DNA of 63,553 bases, the filler included. It is 5 parts of 5 records of this genome, joined end to end, with 100 filler letters (N's around TTAATTAATTAA, not from the genome) between each part and the next. Parts side by side here need not be neighbours in the genome. Positions count along the whole stretch, not along the records: positions 15,220 to 43,322 come from SRR2962707_3376; 4 more parts are not named here. One strand, 5' to 3'. Numbering within the stretch: the first letter of the stretch is position 1; every line of letters starts with the position of its first letter. This document shows positions 18,016 through 27,729 of this stretch, in pieces. Below the pieces are notes generated by a model, which was not told the origin of the DNA, did no database searches, and saw only the letters and a list, made by a program, of their open reading frames with translations. The position numbers were made by a program, and so were the translations under genes.

Positions 18016-18720
18016 ATGATCTCGAAACTGTGGAACAAAATTGAGCAGGCCGAGCGACGTTGGCGCTATTCTTTCGGCGAAGATATCACGGATCCCAAAG
18101 AACGGCGTAAATCCAAGTGGCATTACAACATGTTCGATCACGCCTTTTTGCGAACATTCTGGACGAATTTCTTTGAAATTGCGCCGGGCGTTTACCGATC
18201 CAACCAGCCCACCCATAAGCGGTTTGAGAAATACGCCGCCATGGGAATCAAGAGCGTCATCAATTTGCGTGGCGAAGACCGTCGCGCGCATTATCTGTTT
18301 GAGAAAGAAAGCTGTGACCAGCTGGGACTGACCCTGCTGAATTCTAAACTCTGGGCACGCCATGCGGCACCGAGGGACAGCATCCTTGCCGTGCTGGATA
18401 CTCTGCGCGCCGCCGAGCGTCCTATGATGTTTCATTGCAAATCCGGGGCCGACCGTGCGGGGTTTGTGGCCGCTATGTATTTGTTGGTCTTTGAAAACCA
18501 ACCTGTTTCAGAAGCCCGCAAAATGTTGAGCTTTAAGTACATTCACTTGAAGTCCACAAAAACCGGCGTTCAAGACTACATCATCGATATCTATGACGCC
18601 CGCAATCAGCGTGAACCGATAAGTTTCGAAGACTGGTTGCGCAACGAATATGATCCCGAGTCGATACAAAGTGGCTTTAACAATAAGATACCGGCTGATC
18701 AGGTAAGGCTGACGAAATGA
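18016..18720 (+). CDS. Cys-dependent tyrosine-phosphatase-family protein (CtpA-like)
   Basis: YRSNQP, INLRG and CX5R loop HCKSGADRAG. Overlaps the msbA-like gene by ATGA. Start uncertain (18007 or 18016). Confidence 0.85.
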   Translation: MISKLWNKIEQAERRWRYSFGEDITDPKERRKSKWHYNMFDHAFLRTFWTNFFEIAPGVYRSNQPTHKRFEKYAAMGIKSVINLRGEDRRAHYLFEKESCDQLGLTLLNSKLWARHAAPRDSILAVLDTLRAAERPMMFHCKSGADRAGFVAAMYLLVFENQPVSEARKMLSFKYIHLKSTKTGVQDYIIDIYDARNQREPISFEDWLRNEYDPESIQSGFNNKIPADQVRLTK

Positions 18721-20459
18721 GTGACGAGCCTCGGTTCAAACCTGGCCTCCTGAAATGGATTTGGCGTGCTTATTTGCGTCGCCACATCGTGTTGGTCTTG
18801 TTTGCCATGCTGTTCATGGCCATCGAAGGCGGCATGTTCGGCGCGCTGAGCTATATGATGAAGCCGATGTTTGATCAGGTATTTGTGGCTGGCGACCGGG
18901 CAGCGTTGACTTGGGTTGGCTTGGCCATCATGAGTATTTTCGCACTTCGCGCCGTTGCAAGTGTCGTCCAGAAGGCCATTCTGGCCCAGGTGTCACAAGA
19001 GACTGTTGGAGAAATCAGAACGGATCTTTTGACCCATCTGATGGCCTTGGACAGCAGCTTTCACCAGCTAAACCCCCCCGGCAATCTGATGCAAAGGGTT
19101 GAGGGCGATGTGGAAGCCATCAACCGGGTCTGGCGGACCATCATTACCGGCGCCGGCCGTGACGTTGTGGCCTTGGTCTCGTTATTTGCCGTTGCGCTAA
19201 GCGTCGATTGGCGCTGGACCGCCGTCGCGTTGATTGGCACGCCACTTATGGTGGCCCCTTCGATTTTCGTGCAACGTTTCGTCCGTCGCAATGCGCGCCA
19301 AGCCCGGGAAGTTGCCGCCCGGCTGAGCACCCGTCTGGATGAAGTCTTTCACGGGATCGTCCCGGTCAAGCTCAACAGAATTGAGCGTTACCAAACAGAT
19401 AGATATCGCTCTCTGACGGACACAAGGATCAAAACCGAAGTCCGGTCCAGCCTTGGCGAAGCGACCATTCCCGGCCTGATCGATTTAATGTCAGGGATCG
19501 GTTTCATGGGCGTTTTATACTATGGTGGTTCCGAAATCATCGATGGCGAAAAGACCGTGGGTGATTTCATGGCCTTTTTCACAGCCATTGGTCTTGCCTT
19601 TGAACCTTTGCGGCGACTCGGCTCGGTTTCAGGTGCGTGGCAGGTGGCTGCTGCGGGCATTGAACGCATTCGCGAATTGCTGGACACGCAACCAAAGCTC
19701 AAAAACCCAGCCACCCCTGTTGCGGCACCCGAAGGCGTGCCAAGTGTTGTTTTAGACAATGTCTCTTTGAACTTCGGGGAGTCCCAGATCTTGCAGGGCA
19801 CGAGTTTCGAAGCCCTGCCCGGCAAAACAACCGCTTTGGTTGGTTCATCCGGTGCCGGAAAATCAACCGTTTTCAATCTGTTGACCCGTCTAACAGACTC
19901 AACCAATGGCCACATTTCTATTGGCGGCGTACCTGTCCAAGACATGATGCTCTCGGATTTGCGCGGTTTGTTTTCGGTCGTCTCTCAAGAAGCCCTGCTT
20001 TTTGATGAAAGTCTCAGAGATAATATCCTGCTTGGCCGTACAGATGTGACGCAGGCCCAGTTGGACGCCGTGTTGGACGCTGCGCATGTGACCGACTTTC
20101 TGTCCCGCTTACCTGAAGGATTGGACAGTCAGGCTGGGCCACGCGGTTCGAACCTGTCGGGCGGCCAACGTCAACGCGTGGCAATTGCCCGAGCGCTGTT
20201 GCGCGACACACCTATCTTGCTACTGGACGAAGCGACATCTGCCTTGGATGCCCAATCCGAAGCTGTTGTGCAAAATGCCCTGGACACCCTATCAAAAGGC
20301 CGCACGACCCTGATCATCGCCCATCGCCTGTCGACGGTGCGAAATGCAGACAAGATTGTTGTCATGGATAACGGCCAAGTTGTTGATCAAGGCACACATG
20401 ATGAATTGCTGGCCCGTGGCGGTCTATATGCGAGCCTTCACAAATTGCAGGCCGGTTAA
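18717..20459 (+). CDS. msbA: MsbA-like ABC exporter (TMD+NBD)
   Basis: Multi-TM N-terminus, GSSGAGKST, LSGGQRQR, LLLDEATSALD, IAHRLSTV. Confidence 0.8.
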   Translation: MSDEPRFKPGLLKWIWRAYLRRHIVLVLFAMLFMAIEGGMFGALSYMMKPMFDQVFVAGDRAALTWVGLAIMSIFALRAVASVVQKAILAQVSQETVGEIRTDLLTHLMALDSSFHQLNPPGNLMQRVEGDVEAINRVWRTIITGAGRDVVALVSLFAVALSVDWRWTAVALIGTPLMVAPSIFVQRFVRRNARQAREVAARLSTRLDEVFHGIVPVKLNRIERYQTDRYRSLTDTRIKTEVRSSLGEATIPGLIDLMSGIGFMGVLYYGGSEIIDGEKTVGDFMAFFTAIGLAFEPLRRLGSVSGAWQVAAAGIERIRELLDTQPKLKNPATPVAAPEGVPSVVLDNVSLNFGESQILQGTSFEALPGKTTALVGSSGAGKSTVFNLLTRLTDSTNGHISIGGVPVQDMMLSDLRGLFSVVSQEALLFDESLRDNILLGRTDVTQAQLDAVLDAAHVTDFLSRLPEGLDSQAGPRGSNLSGGQRQRVAIARALLRDTPILLLDEATSALDAQSEAVVQNALDTLSKGRTTLIIAHRLSTVRNADKIVVMDNGQVVDQGTHDELLARGGLYASLHKLQAG

Positions 20460-21130
20460 CGCCGATACGCCTTTGCGAGGCGGTCCGGGCTAACCCCCGC
20501 GAAATAGCGCATCAAAATGGATAAGTTGCGCAAACCTCGACGCCCCCAACCAGCGCGCTTGTATTTTTCCGCGCTAGTAACGGCTTTGGCTCCAAGCGGT
20601 TTTAACCTGCCTTTTAGCTGCCGGGCCAAAACCACGTCTTCCATTAAGGGAATGTCAGGATAGCCCCCGGCGTCGTCATAGGTGTCCTTGTCGATCAACA
20701 GCGCCTGATCCCCGTATGGCAGGCCCAAACGGGACCGTAGATTGGCCCAACCCGCAACCGATTTGGCGGCGAACCCGCTGGAATCAAACTCCAACCATCC
20801 CCAATATCCAGCTGGTGACGTCATCGCGGTTGTGACAGCGGTACTCCACCCGGCAGCAAGCTGAGTGTCGGCATGTACAACAAGTAGCCAAGGACCAGAT
20901 GCCGCCTGTACCCCCCGTCCAAGTTGCCCGCCGCGTGACGGGGGGCCGCTCACCCAAGTCGCGCCCACGTTATCCGCAATCTTTTGAGTGTCATCCGTTG
21001 AACCGCCGTCGGTTAGGATCAGCTCGCGGATCACCCCGGCTTCTACCCCCTCCATAAGCGCGGCCAAACAATGTGGCAGCGTTTTTTCGGCATTCAATGT
21101 CGGAATGATTACGGAAATTGGTGCGCGCAT
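20456..21130 (-). CDS. Family 2 glycosyltransferase (TIGR04283-like)
   Basis: ISVIIPTLN, DGGSTD, HADT, LPYGDQAL, PLMEDV. Confidence 0.85.
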   Translation of the reverse strand: MRAPISVIIPTLNAEKTLPHCLAALMEGVEAGVIRELILTDGGSTDDTQKIADNVGATWVSGPPSRGGQLGRGVQAASGPWLLVVHADTQLAAGWSTAVTTAMTSPAGYWGWLEFDSSGFAAKSVAGWANLRSRLGLPYGDQALLIDKDTYDDAGGYPDIPLMEDVVLARQLKGRLKPLGAKAVTSAEKYKRAGWGRRGLRNLSILMRYFAGVSPDRLAKAYRR

Positions 21131-21198
21131 GTCATCAGCCCCTGTTGCGATGCCCGTGTCATCCTATATGTCGAAAGGAACGGCAATAGGAGCAAAAC

Positions 21199-21936
21199 AT
21201 GACTGAACCAGAACGCAAGGTGATCCGCGTCGCAGGATCAGACGCAGAAACCTTCCTGCAGGGGTTGGTCAGCAATGATGTAAACAAGCTCTCGAATGGT
21301 TTGGTCTATGCGGCACTTCTTACGCCTCAAGGCAAATACCTCGCTGATTTCTTCTTGGTTCCCAATGACGATGCCATTCTGATTGATGTCGCCGAGCCTT
21401 TGGCAACCGGCCTTGTGCAGCGGCTTTCCATGTACAAGTTACGCGCAGACGTGACGGTTGAGATGACGGACATCGCCGTGGCGCGCGGTTTGGGCGATGC
21501 CCCGGCTGAGGCGTATTCCGATCCAAGACACGAGAGTTTGGGCTGGCGTGGATATGCCGGTCAAACCAGTGATCCGGATGTTGACTGGACAGGCCTGAAC
21601 GTCGCGGCCTGTATCCCCGAAAGCGGGATCGAGCTCACACCAGACAGCTACATTCTGGAATCGGGATTCGAGCGTCTCAACGGTGTGGACTTCAAAAAAG
21701 GCTGCTATGTCGGACAGGAAGTGACAGCTCGGATGAAACACAAGACAGAGCTGCGCAAAGGCCTAACACGCGTCGCGATTGACGGTAGCGCCCCTGTTGG
21801 CACCGAAATTTCTGTCAATGGAAAGGCCGCCGGGCAATTGTTCCGTCAAGCGGACGGATATGCCATTGCGTATCTGCGCTTTGATCGCGCCGGGCATGAC
21901 ATGCTGGCGGAAAGCGCCAAAGTGCATTTTGACTAG
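21199..21936 (+). CDS. ygfZ: Folate-binding Fe-S cluster repair protein YgfZ/IBA57
   Basis: Signature KGCYVGQEV; G.DAETFLQGL; ALLTPQGK. Confidence 0.92.
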   Translation: MTEPERKVIRVAGSDAETFLQGLVSNDVNKLSNGLVYAALLTPQGKYLADFFLVPNDDAILIDVAEPLATGLVQRLSMYKLRADVTVEMTDIAVARGLGDAPAEAYSDPRHESLGWRGYAGQTSDPDVDWTGLNVAACIPESGIELTPDSYILESGFERLNGVDFKKGCYVGQEVTARMKHKTELRKGLTRVAIDGSAPVGTEISVNGKAAGQLFRQADGYAIAYLRFDRAGHDMLAESAKVHFD

Positions 21937-21992
21937 GCGATAAGCCCGCGAGACCGCTGCGGTCTCTCAGTCGGTCTTTGAATTAGAAACGG

Positions 21993-22046
21993 AATTGCCC
22001 CGACCAGCTCAGCTTTGTTGCCGGGCCGTTTCGGGGCAATTTTTTT
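21993..22046 (+). terminator. Intrinsic terminator between convergent ygfZ and tctA
   Basis: Perfect 11-bp inverted repeat AATTGCCCCGA / TCGGGGCAATT followed by a T-run. Confidence 0.6.
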
Positions 22047-22051
22047 ACAGG

Positions 22052-23551
22052 CTACCCTATCGCTTTCCGGCTTCTCGACAGGAACCAGAAGAAGGATACT
22101 ACTGACAGAACCAGCAGGGCCACAGCCACGGGGCTCTTGTAGATTTGCAGCAAGTCGCCCTGTGTCAGCGCCAGAGACTGAGCAATGGATTTTTCAAAGC
22201 GTGGTCCCAAGAAGAAGGCGATGATGAAAATGACGAGCGAATAGCCGTAGCTTGTCATCAAATAACCGATCACCGCAAAGATCAGCATGATTGTCACACC
22301 AAACAAACCGTTTGTCGCCATCGAAACCCCAACAAAGCACAGCAAGAGCGCCGACGAGAAGATGATCGATTCAGGGGCGGATACAACTTTGACCCAAAAG
22401 CGCAGGCCAATTTGACCGACCCAGAGGTTGACAAAGTTTGCCATGATCATGGCACCGAACAAGCCATAGACCAAGCGACCCTGCGTTTCGAACAACAGCG
22501 GGCCAGGCTGCATGCCATGGATCATAAAGGCACTGATAATCAGAGCCGCGCCGACACTGCCTGGAATACCCAAGGTCAAAAGCGGGATCAGGTTTGCACC
22601 GACAACCGCCGAGTTTGCGGATTCCGTCGCGGCGATGCCGTGGATATTGCCCTTCCCAAAGCTTTCGGGATCCTTTGATCCGGCTTTGGTAAAGGCATAG
22701 GACATAAACGCCGCCGCTGTGGAGCCGATGCCGGGAAGAGCCCCGAGAATGGTGCCGATGGTTGCGCCCCGCAACAGCGTGAAACGGCAAGACCAGAACT
22801 CAGCCCATGACACGCGGCTATCATTTGGATCACCGGTTTCGTTCAAGGAAATCGCAGATTGCACGTTGCCATGGGCTTCGGACATCCGGCGCAGAATTTC
22901 AGATATCGCCAACATCCCGATAGCAACTGACGGCAACTGAAGCCCGTCAAACAGTTCCCAATAACCAAAGATCAAACGGGGTGTGAAGTTTTCAGGGTCC
23001 GTCCCGATAGACGCAATCAAAAGCCCCAGCGCCGCAGAGATAATCCCTTTGGTCAATGAGTTGCCGATCATGCCTGCCAAAACAGAGAACGCAAAAATCA
23101 TCAGAGCGACAATTTCAATCGGACCCATCTTCAACGCCAGAATCGCCAAAGGCGCTGACACGGTGATCAAAACGAGATCGCTGATTGTGTCGCCAGTAAT
23201 TGAAGAGAACAGCGCCATCTTGGTGGCTTTTAGGGGTTTGCCTTTTTTGGCAAGCGGATAGCCGTCCAATGCAGTCGCCGCGGCGTCCGGAGTTCCCGGC
23301 GTGTTCATCAGAATCGCCGGAACAGCGCCGCCAACCAATCCGCCTTTGTTGACACCAACAAGAAAAGAAATCGCCACAAGCGGATCAAGCGCAAAGGTAA
23401 AAGGAATGGCAATGGCCATCGCCATAATCGGGCCAATACCGGGCACCGCGCCAACAAACTGTCCAAGCGTAACGCCAAACAAAACGAAAAGCAGATTGGT
23501 CAGTGAAAACGCATCACCAAACCCTGCCAGGATGATCGAGAGGTCAACCAT
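22052..23551 (-). CDS. tctA: Tripartite tricarboxylate transporter large permease
   Basis: GAVPGIG, NTPGTP.AAATALDGYPL, ESANSA, IPLLTLGIPGS. Confidence 0.93.
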   Translation of the reverse strand: MVDLSIILAGFGDAFSLTNLLFVLFGVTLGQFVGAVPGIGPIMAMAIAIPFTFALDPLVAISFLVGVNKGGLVGGAVPAILMNTPGTPDAAATALDGYPLAKKGKPLKATKMALFSSITGDTISDLVLITVSAPLAILALKMGPIEIVALMIFAFSVLAGMIGNSLTKGIISAALGLLIASIGTDPENFTPRLIFGYWELFDGLQLPSVAIGMLAISEILRRMSEAHGNVQSAISLNETGDPNDSRVSWAEFWSCRFTLLRGATIGTILGALPGIGSTAAAFMSYAFTKAGSKDPESFGKGNIHGIAATESANSAVVGANLIPLLTLGIPGSVGAALIISAFMIHGMQPGPLLFETQGRLVYGLFGAMIMANFVNLWVGQIGLRFWVKVVSAPESIIFSSALLLCFVGVSMATNGLFGVTIMLIFAVIGYLMTSYGYSLVIFIIAFFLGPRFEKSIAQSLALTQGDLLQIYKSPVAVALLVLSVVSFFWFLSRSRKAIG

Positions 23552-23563
23552 AGATGAATTCCT

Positions 23564-23989
23564 TTATGGAAGCGCGCGGCCAAGGGGATAAGTGACGAGG
23601 AACCAAATGATCAGCGGCATCACAATTGCCCCTGCAATCAGCCAGAGGGGCCGACGCTCGCCAATCATCCACATGAGGACAAAGGCCAGAATTGGGCCGA
23701 TCACTTCAAAGCCGAAAAGCGACATTCCATATATGCTCAGAGCCAGAACACCGGCGTAGGCCCCGGTTATCATTAGCGCACGCAAATCAGGCGTCGATTG
23801 ATCAGTCGGCTTCAACACCAGAATACCACCACAAACAGCGATGGTTATAGCGATCCAGTTTGGCACCGTGTTCGGCGACAAGTTCCCGCCATCCACCGTC
23901 TCTACGTAGGCTGGAATGATCAAAAAATATAAGGCGAGCCCAAAAAACAAAAAGAACGCACCGGAAACGCGATCTGCAGACACCATCAT
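23564..23989 (-). CDS. tctB: TTT small permease
   Basis: 141-aa, ~4 TM protein ending LGRALP, located between tctC and tctA. Confidence 0.85.
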   Translation of the reverse strand: MMVSADRVSGAFFLFFGLALYFLIIPAYVETVDGGNLSPNTVPNWIAITIAVCGGILVLKPTDQSTPDLRALMITGAYAGVLALSIYGMSLFGFEVIGPILAFVLMWMIGERRPLWLIAGAIVMPLIIWFLVTYPLGRALP

Positions 23990-24011
23990 GATACCTCCGA
24001 GGAATTGAGAA

Positions 24012-24038
24012 CGCCCCGCCGCGCAAGGCGGCAGGGCG
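24012..24038 (-). other. Stem-loop after the solute-binding gene (mRNA stabiliser or partial terminator)
   Basis: CGCCCCGCCG-CGCA-AGGCGGCAGGGCG imperfect GC-rich hairpin. Confidence 0.4.
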
Positions 24039-24046
24039 AACTTGGC

Positions 24047-24994
24047 TTATTTAGCGAAAAGAATTTCGGCGTTGGCAAGACCGTCAACCATCATCTGGTG
24101 CGTGCCTTCAACACCCATGTTGATAGGTGCGCCCTGAACGGCGTTACGAACAATTTCGATCACTTCAGGTGCAGACATGGCAGCTTCGATTGCCGCGGAA
24201 ATCGCCGTTATTGCAGCCGGATCTGTGCCCTTTGACATCGCAAAGAAGAAGACTGGGTCTACATATGCTGCAACACCGGATTCTGTGAATGTTTTCACAT
24301 CAGGCGCGTAGCTCAGACGAGACTGGTTTGCGCTGGCGATGACTTTCATGTCGCCGGATTCAAGGTAAGGGAAATGTTCGCCTGACCCAAAGCCCGCGAG
24401 AACCTGACCACCCAAGATCAGTTTCATGACTTCGGCACCACCGTCTGCTGTAACAAGGTTAAAAGTTGAGTCTGTCGCCGCCATCGCTTGGTTCATCATC
24501 AGAACCTGTGGCGGTGCCATTGTCGCAACGGGGATGCCAGATTGTTCCTTTGAATAGGCAATCATTCCTTCGAGGTCATCGAAAGGTGCGTCCTTGCTAG
24601 CAACAAGCGCTAGCTCAGCTTTTGCAACTGTACCAAGGTAATCAAAGCTGTCGACATCGAAAGGAAGTTGGTCGCCACGCTGAACCAGCTGAACAAGAAC
24701 GGGAATGCTCACGCCCATGCCGATGATTTTGCCACGAGGCGGCATTTGCGACAAACCTGTAAACATGGCAACGCCACCACCGCCCGGTTTGTTTTCAACA
24801 ACAACGTTCCAGCCGGTGTTCTTTTCGATAACATTCGCAACAACGCGGCCCATTGTGTCGGTCGAACCACCGGCACCAAAACCGATTTGAATGGTCAGTG
24901 GGCCATTAGGCGCCCACTCTGCCGCCGACAATGGCGCAGACAAAGCCATAAGCGCAGCTACGCCAAGGCCTAGGATTTTTGATTTGAGTTTCAT
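24047..24994 (-). CDS. tctC: TTT periplasmic solute-binding protein (TctC/Bug)
   Basis: Signal peptide, GFGAGGSTD, VVENKPGGGG; GGAGGA RBS before ATG 24994. Confidence 0.9.
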   Translation of the reverse strand: MKLKSKILGLGVAALMALSAPLSAAEWAPNGPLTIQIGFGAGGSTDTMGRVVANVIEKNTGWNVVVENKPGGGGVAMFTGLSQMPPRGKIIGMGVSIPVLVQLVQRGDQLPFDVDSFDYLGTVAKAELALVASKDAPFDDLEGMIAYSKEQSGIPVATMAPPQVLMMNQAMAATDSTFNLVTADGGAEVMKLILGGQVLAGFGSGEHFPYLESGDMKVIASANQSRLSYAPDVKTFTESGVAAYVDPVFFFAMSKGTDPAAITAISAAIEAAMSAPEVIEIVRNAVQGAPINMGVEGTHQMMVDGLANAEILFAK

Positions 24995-25069
24995 GTGTAT
25001 TCCTCCACTTGATTTTAGTCTGTGTGCCTGGCAACGGCGTTTCGTCGCCCCCAAGCTTGGTTCATTCAA

Positions 25070-26041
25070 TTATTTGCTTTTTTCGACACCGAGACGCATC
25101 ACGGCACCGCCACGCAGCCTTGCGACGTCACTAAGAATGGCGTCGGAATTGACGAAGACGTTTGGTTCGCCTGGTTTACGTTCTTCTAGGATGGCCCGGT
25201 TTTCCTGCAGGTTGGCTGAAAACCCATGTGTCGTCAGGTGAACCTGAACCGCATCTTCCGGAGATTCGACCATCGCACGGACACGGTCGACGCTTTCGAT
25301 GTAAGCTTCGACTTGTGACGGACCTTCAATCGCATTCAGACCCAGTCCGCCAATTGTGATTGACCGGTATGTGTCGTCGCCATCCTTGACGTCGTACATG
25401 TAGGATGCCGTGCCCCACGTGTGACCCGGCGTTTCAATAACGGTAAACGCGTTGCCCCCCAATGAGATGGTTTCACCATCCGTGACAACTTTGTCCGTGT
25501 CGATCATTGTAAATTCGCGGCGACCGCCCTTGGACTGTTCCGCCGATTTCAGCGCCTCGTCCCAGCCCACCTGTGTCATCACAAATGTCGCGTTCGGCAA
25601 AACCGGTTTCAACACGGAAGCGCCGCCAACGTGATCTCGGTGGCCATGTGTCATCAGAACATATTTGATGTCAGCCAGATCGACACCAAGCCCCTTGATC
25701 CGTTCGATCATCGGCTCTGTGTAAGGCCCGTACAAAGTGTCGATCAAAACGATGCCATCGTCGGTGTGAACCAACCAAGCCGAGACCCAGCAAATGCCGA
25801 CGTAGTCTACATTATCGAACGGCTTCCACGGCGTTACGGCCTGCGCTTCGACATTGCCCAACCATTTCCCCAAGGCCGGGGGCATTTTGCCGGTACGACC
25901 GAAGGCTTCAAAACCGGACAAGATGGGCCCCGACGGACACCCGTCATAAGCAGACTGTGCAGCAACTGGCCCGGCTATCGCCGCTGCCAATACTGCACTT
26001 GTCGCAAGTCCCGCCCACTTCATCGTTTTTACAAATGCCAT
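25070..26041 (-). CDS. Secreted metallo-beta-lactamase-fold hydrolase, subclass B3-like
   Basis: Signal peptide (…PVAA-Q), FDNVDYVG, HxHxDH motif THGHRDHVGG, TPGHTWG, C-terminal TTHGF; AGGAGG RBS. Confidence 0.85.
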   Translation of the reverse strand: MAFVKTMKWAGLATSAVLAAAIAGPVAAQSAYDGCPSGPILSGFEAFGRTGKMPPALGKWLGNVEAQAVTPWKPFDNVDYVGICWVSAWLVHTDDGIVLIDTLYGPYTEPMIERIKGLGVDLADIKYVLMTHGHRDHVGGASVLKPVLPNATFVMTQVGWDEALKSAEQSKGGRREFTMIDTDKVVTDGETISLGGNAFTVIETPGHTWGTASYMYDVKDGDDTYRSITIGGLGLNAIEGPSQVEAYIESVDRVRAMVESPEDAVQVHLTTHGFSANLQENRAILEERKPGEPNVFVNSDAILSDVARLRGGAVMRLGVEKSK

Positions 26042-26093
26042 ATCTGTTCCTCCTACAGGTGGCTCGTTTCGTTTTACCTTTGCAAGTAGACAA

Positions 26094-27521
26094 TCACTCC
26101 ATCGGCACAAGTTTGCCCGGATTCATGATATTCTTGGGATCCAAAGCCTTCTTGATCAGCCGCATGACCGCAACCTGGCTGTCCTCCTTCAGCGCGCTCA
26201 TAACGCCCAGCTTACTTTGACCAATTCCGTGTTCGGCTGAGAATGATCCATTCAGTTCACCAAGCAAAGAAAACGCCTTTTCCTTCATCTTATCCAGCGG
26301 CAGGCTATCCCAGTCCTGTTCGGGGGCGGCCGTCAGCGCATAATGCAAATTGCCATCCCCAAGATGCCCAACGGTTACAGGTTGGAAACCGTCCTCCGCC
26401 GCAGCGGCGTCCATTTCTGAAACAAAGCTGGCCGTTTTTGCCAGAGGCAACGAAATATCCAAGTGATACGCGGGACCCGCTTCCGTAATCGCTTCGAGAA
26501 TCGACTCTCGCAACGTCCACATGTCTTTGCGTTGCTGCTCAGATTGCGCAACGGCTGCATCCAGGACAAGTTCGTCCTCCATCAGCTCACCCAAAAGCTC
26601 AATGACTTCGCTTTCCAAACGGATGCTACCATCTTCCATCTGCTCAGCATCGTAGGGGCGTGAAGACGCGATCTCAACAAGAATACCGCAGTCTGCGGTT
26701 TCTTCCAGCGGCGGGCGGATGTCGGGAAAGACAGTGCAAATCGTCTCAACCGCTGCGCGCGGCATGTATTCAAAAGCCTCGACTGCGCTGCCAGAATGAT
26801 CCTGCAATCGATTCAACACCTCGATGGCCGCATCCAAAGAGGCCACCGAAAGAAACGCCGTCGCACGGGTACTTGGCTCGCGGAACAACTTGAACACTGC
26901 GGCTGTGATAATGCCCAAGGTTCCCTCGGCCCCGATCAAAAGGTCTTTCAGATCGTAGCCGGTATTGTCTTTTCGCAAACCGGTGAGCGCATTGATGATC
27001 GAACCGTCCGGCATAACCGCTTCAATCCCGATGCATAATTCACGTGTATTGCCGTAACGAACGACATTGGACCCGCCAGCATTGGTCGACAGGTTGCCCC
27101 CAATTGTGCAGCTGCCCTTCGCGCCAAAAATCAAGGGAAACACAAGGTTATGCGTGAGTGTTTGCTGGTGCAAAGCCTCAAGGACGACACCGGCTTCGGC
27201 AACAACTGTGCGACCGGCAGGGTCAATTGCGCGCACGGCATTCATACGCGTCAAAGAGATAACAATCGAGTCTTGTCCTGCGACAGGAACACCGCCACCA
27301 CACAGCCCGGTTCGCCCACCCTGTGGGACAATGGCAATGCCTTGTGCAGAGCAAATCTTAACGACTTGAGAGACCTGGTCCGTATTGGCAGGGCGCACAA
27401 CAGCGATGGCATCGGTTTTAAACTGCCCAGTCCAATCAGACGTGTAACTTTGAACGTCTGAAGCGTCAGAAAGCACGTGCTGCGCGCCAACCACTTCGCG
27501 AATATCATCGACAATTGACAT
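26094..27521 (-). CDS. FAD-linked oxidoreductase, D-2-hydroxyglutarate dehydrogenase-like (VAO/PCMH fold)
   Basis: PQGGRTGLCGG, TIGGNLSTNAGG, LRKDNTGYDLK, IGAEGTLGII, GHLGDGNLH, SAEHGIG. Confidence 0.88.
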   Translation of the reverse strand: MSIVDDIREVVGAQHVLSDASDVQSYTSDWTGQFKTDAIAVVRPANTDQVSQVVKICSAQGIAIVPQGGRTGLCGGGVPVAGQDSIVISLTRMNAVRAIDPAGRTVVAEAGVVLEALHQQTLTHNLVFPLIFGAKGSCTIGGNLSTNAGGSNVVRYGNTRELCIGIEAVMPDGSIINALTGLRKDNTGYDLKDLLIGAEGTLGIITAAVFKLFREPSTRATAFLSVASLDAAIEVLNRLQDHSGSAVEAFEYMPRAAVETICTVFPDIRPPLEETADCGILVEIASSRPYDAEQMEDGSIRLESEVIELLGELMEDELVLDAAVAQSEQQRKDMWTLRESILEAITEAGPAYHLDISLPLAKTASFVSEMDAAAAEDGFQPVTVGHLGDGNLHYALTAAPEQDWDSLPLDKMKEKAFSLLGELNGSFSAEHGIGQSKLGVMSALKEDSQVAVMRLIKKALDPKNIMNPGKLVPME

Positions 27522-27615
27522 GGAATTTTTGATTGCTCCCTGCGCAGACAAATCTCTGGCTCCCCCTCCGTACGACCCTACCGAATGCATCACAAACGCG
27601 CTCCAGTGGCTCACA

Positions 27616-27672
27616 AAACTACCATGCTACATGTAAGTTTGCATTGTCAAGAGGAATGTAACATGGTAGTTT
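27616..27672. promoter_or_regulatory. Inverted pair of putative GntR operators in the divergent promoter
   Basis: AAACTACCATGCTACAT (27616-27632) and ATGTAACATGGTAGTTT (27656-27672) are reverse complements at 16/17 positions. A minus-strand TTGACA lies between them and a plus-strand TTGACT overlaps the second. Confidence 0.7.
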
Positions 27673-27729
27673 GACTTAGAGGACTGTTGCTATAGACATT
27701 TTGAAGAGCAACAAGAGGAGAGTCTTTCT

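Noticed and set aside
20456..21130. Arsenosugar biosynthesis cluster
   Set aside because: Only the TIGR04283-like glycosyltransferase is present; there is no radical SAM, ArsM or other ars gene nearby.
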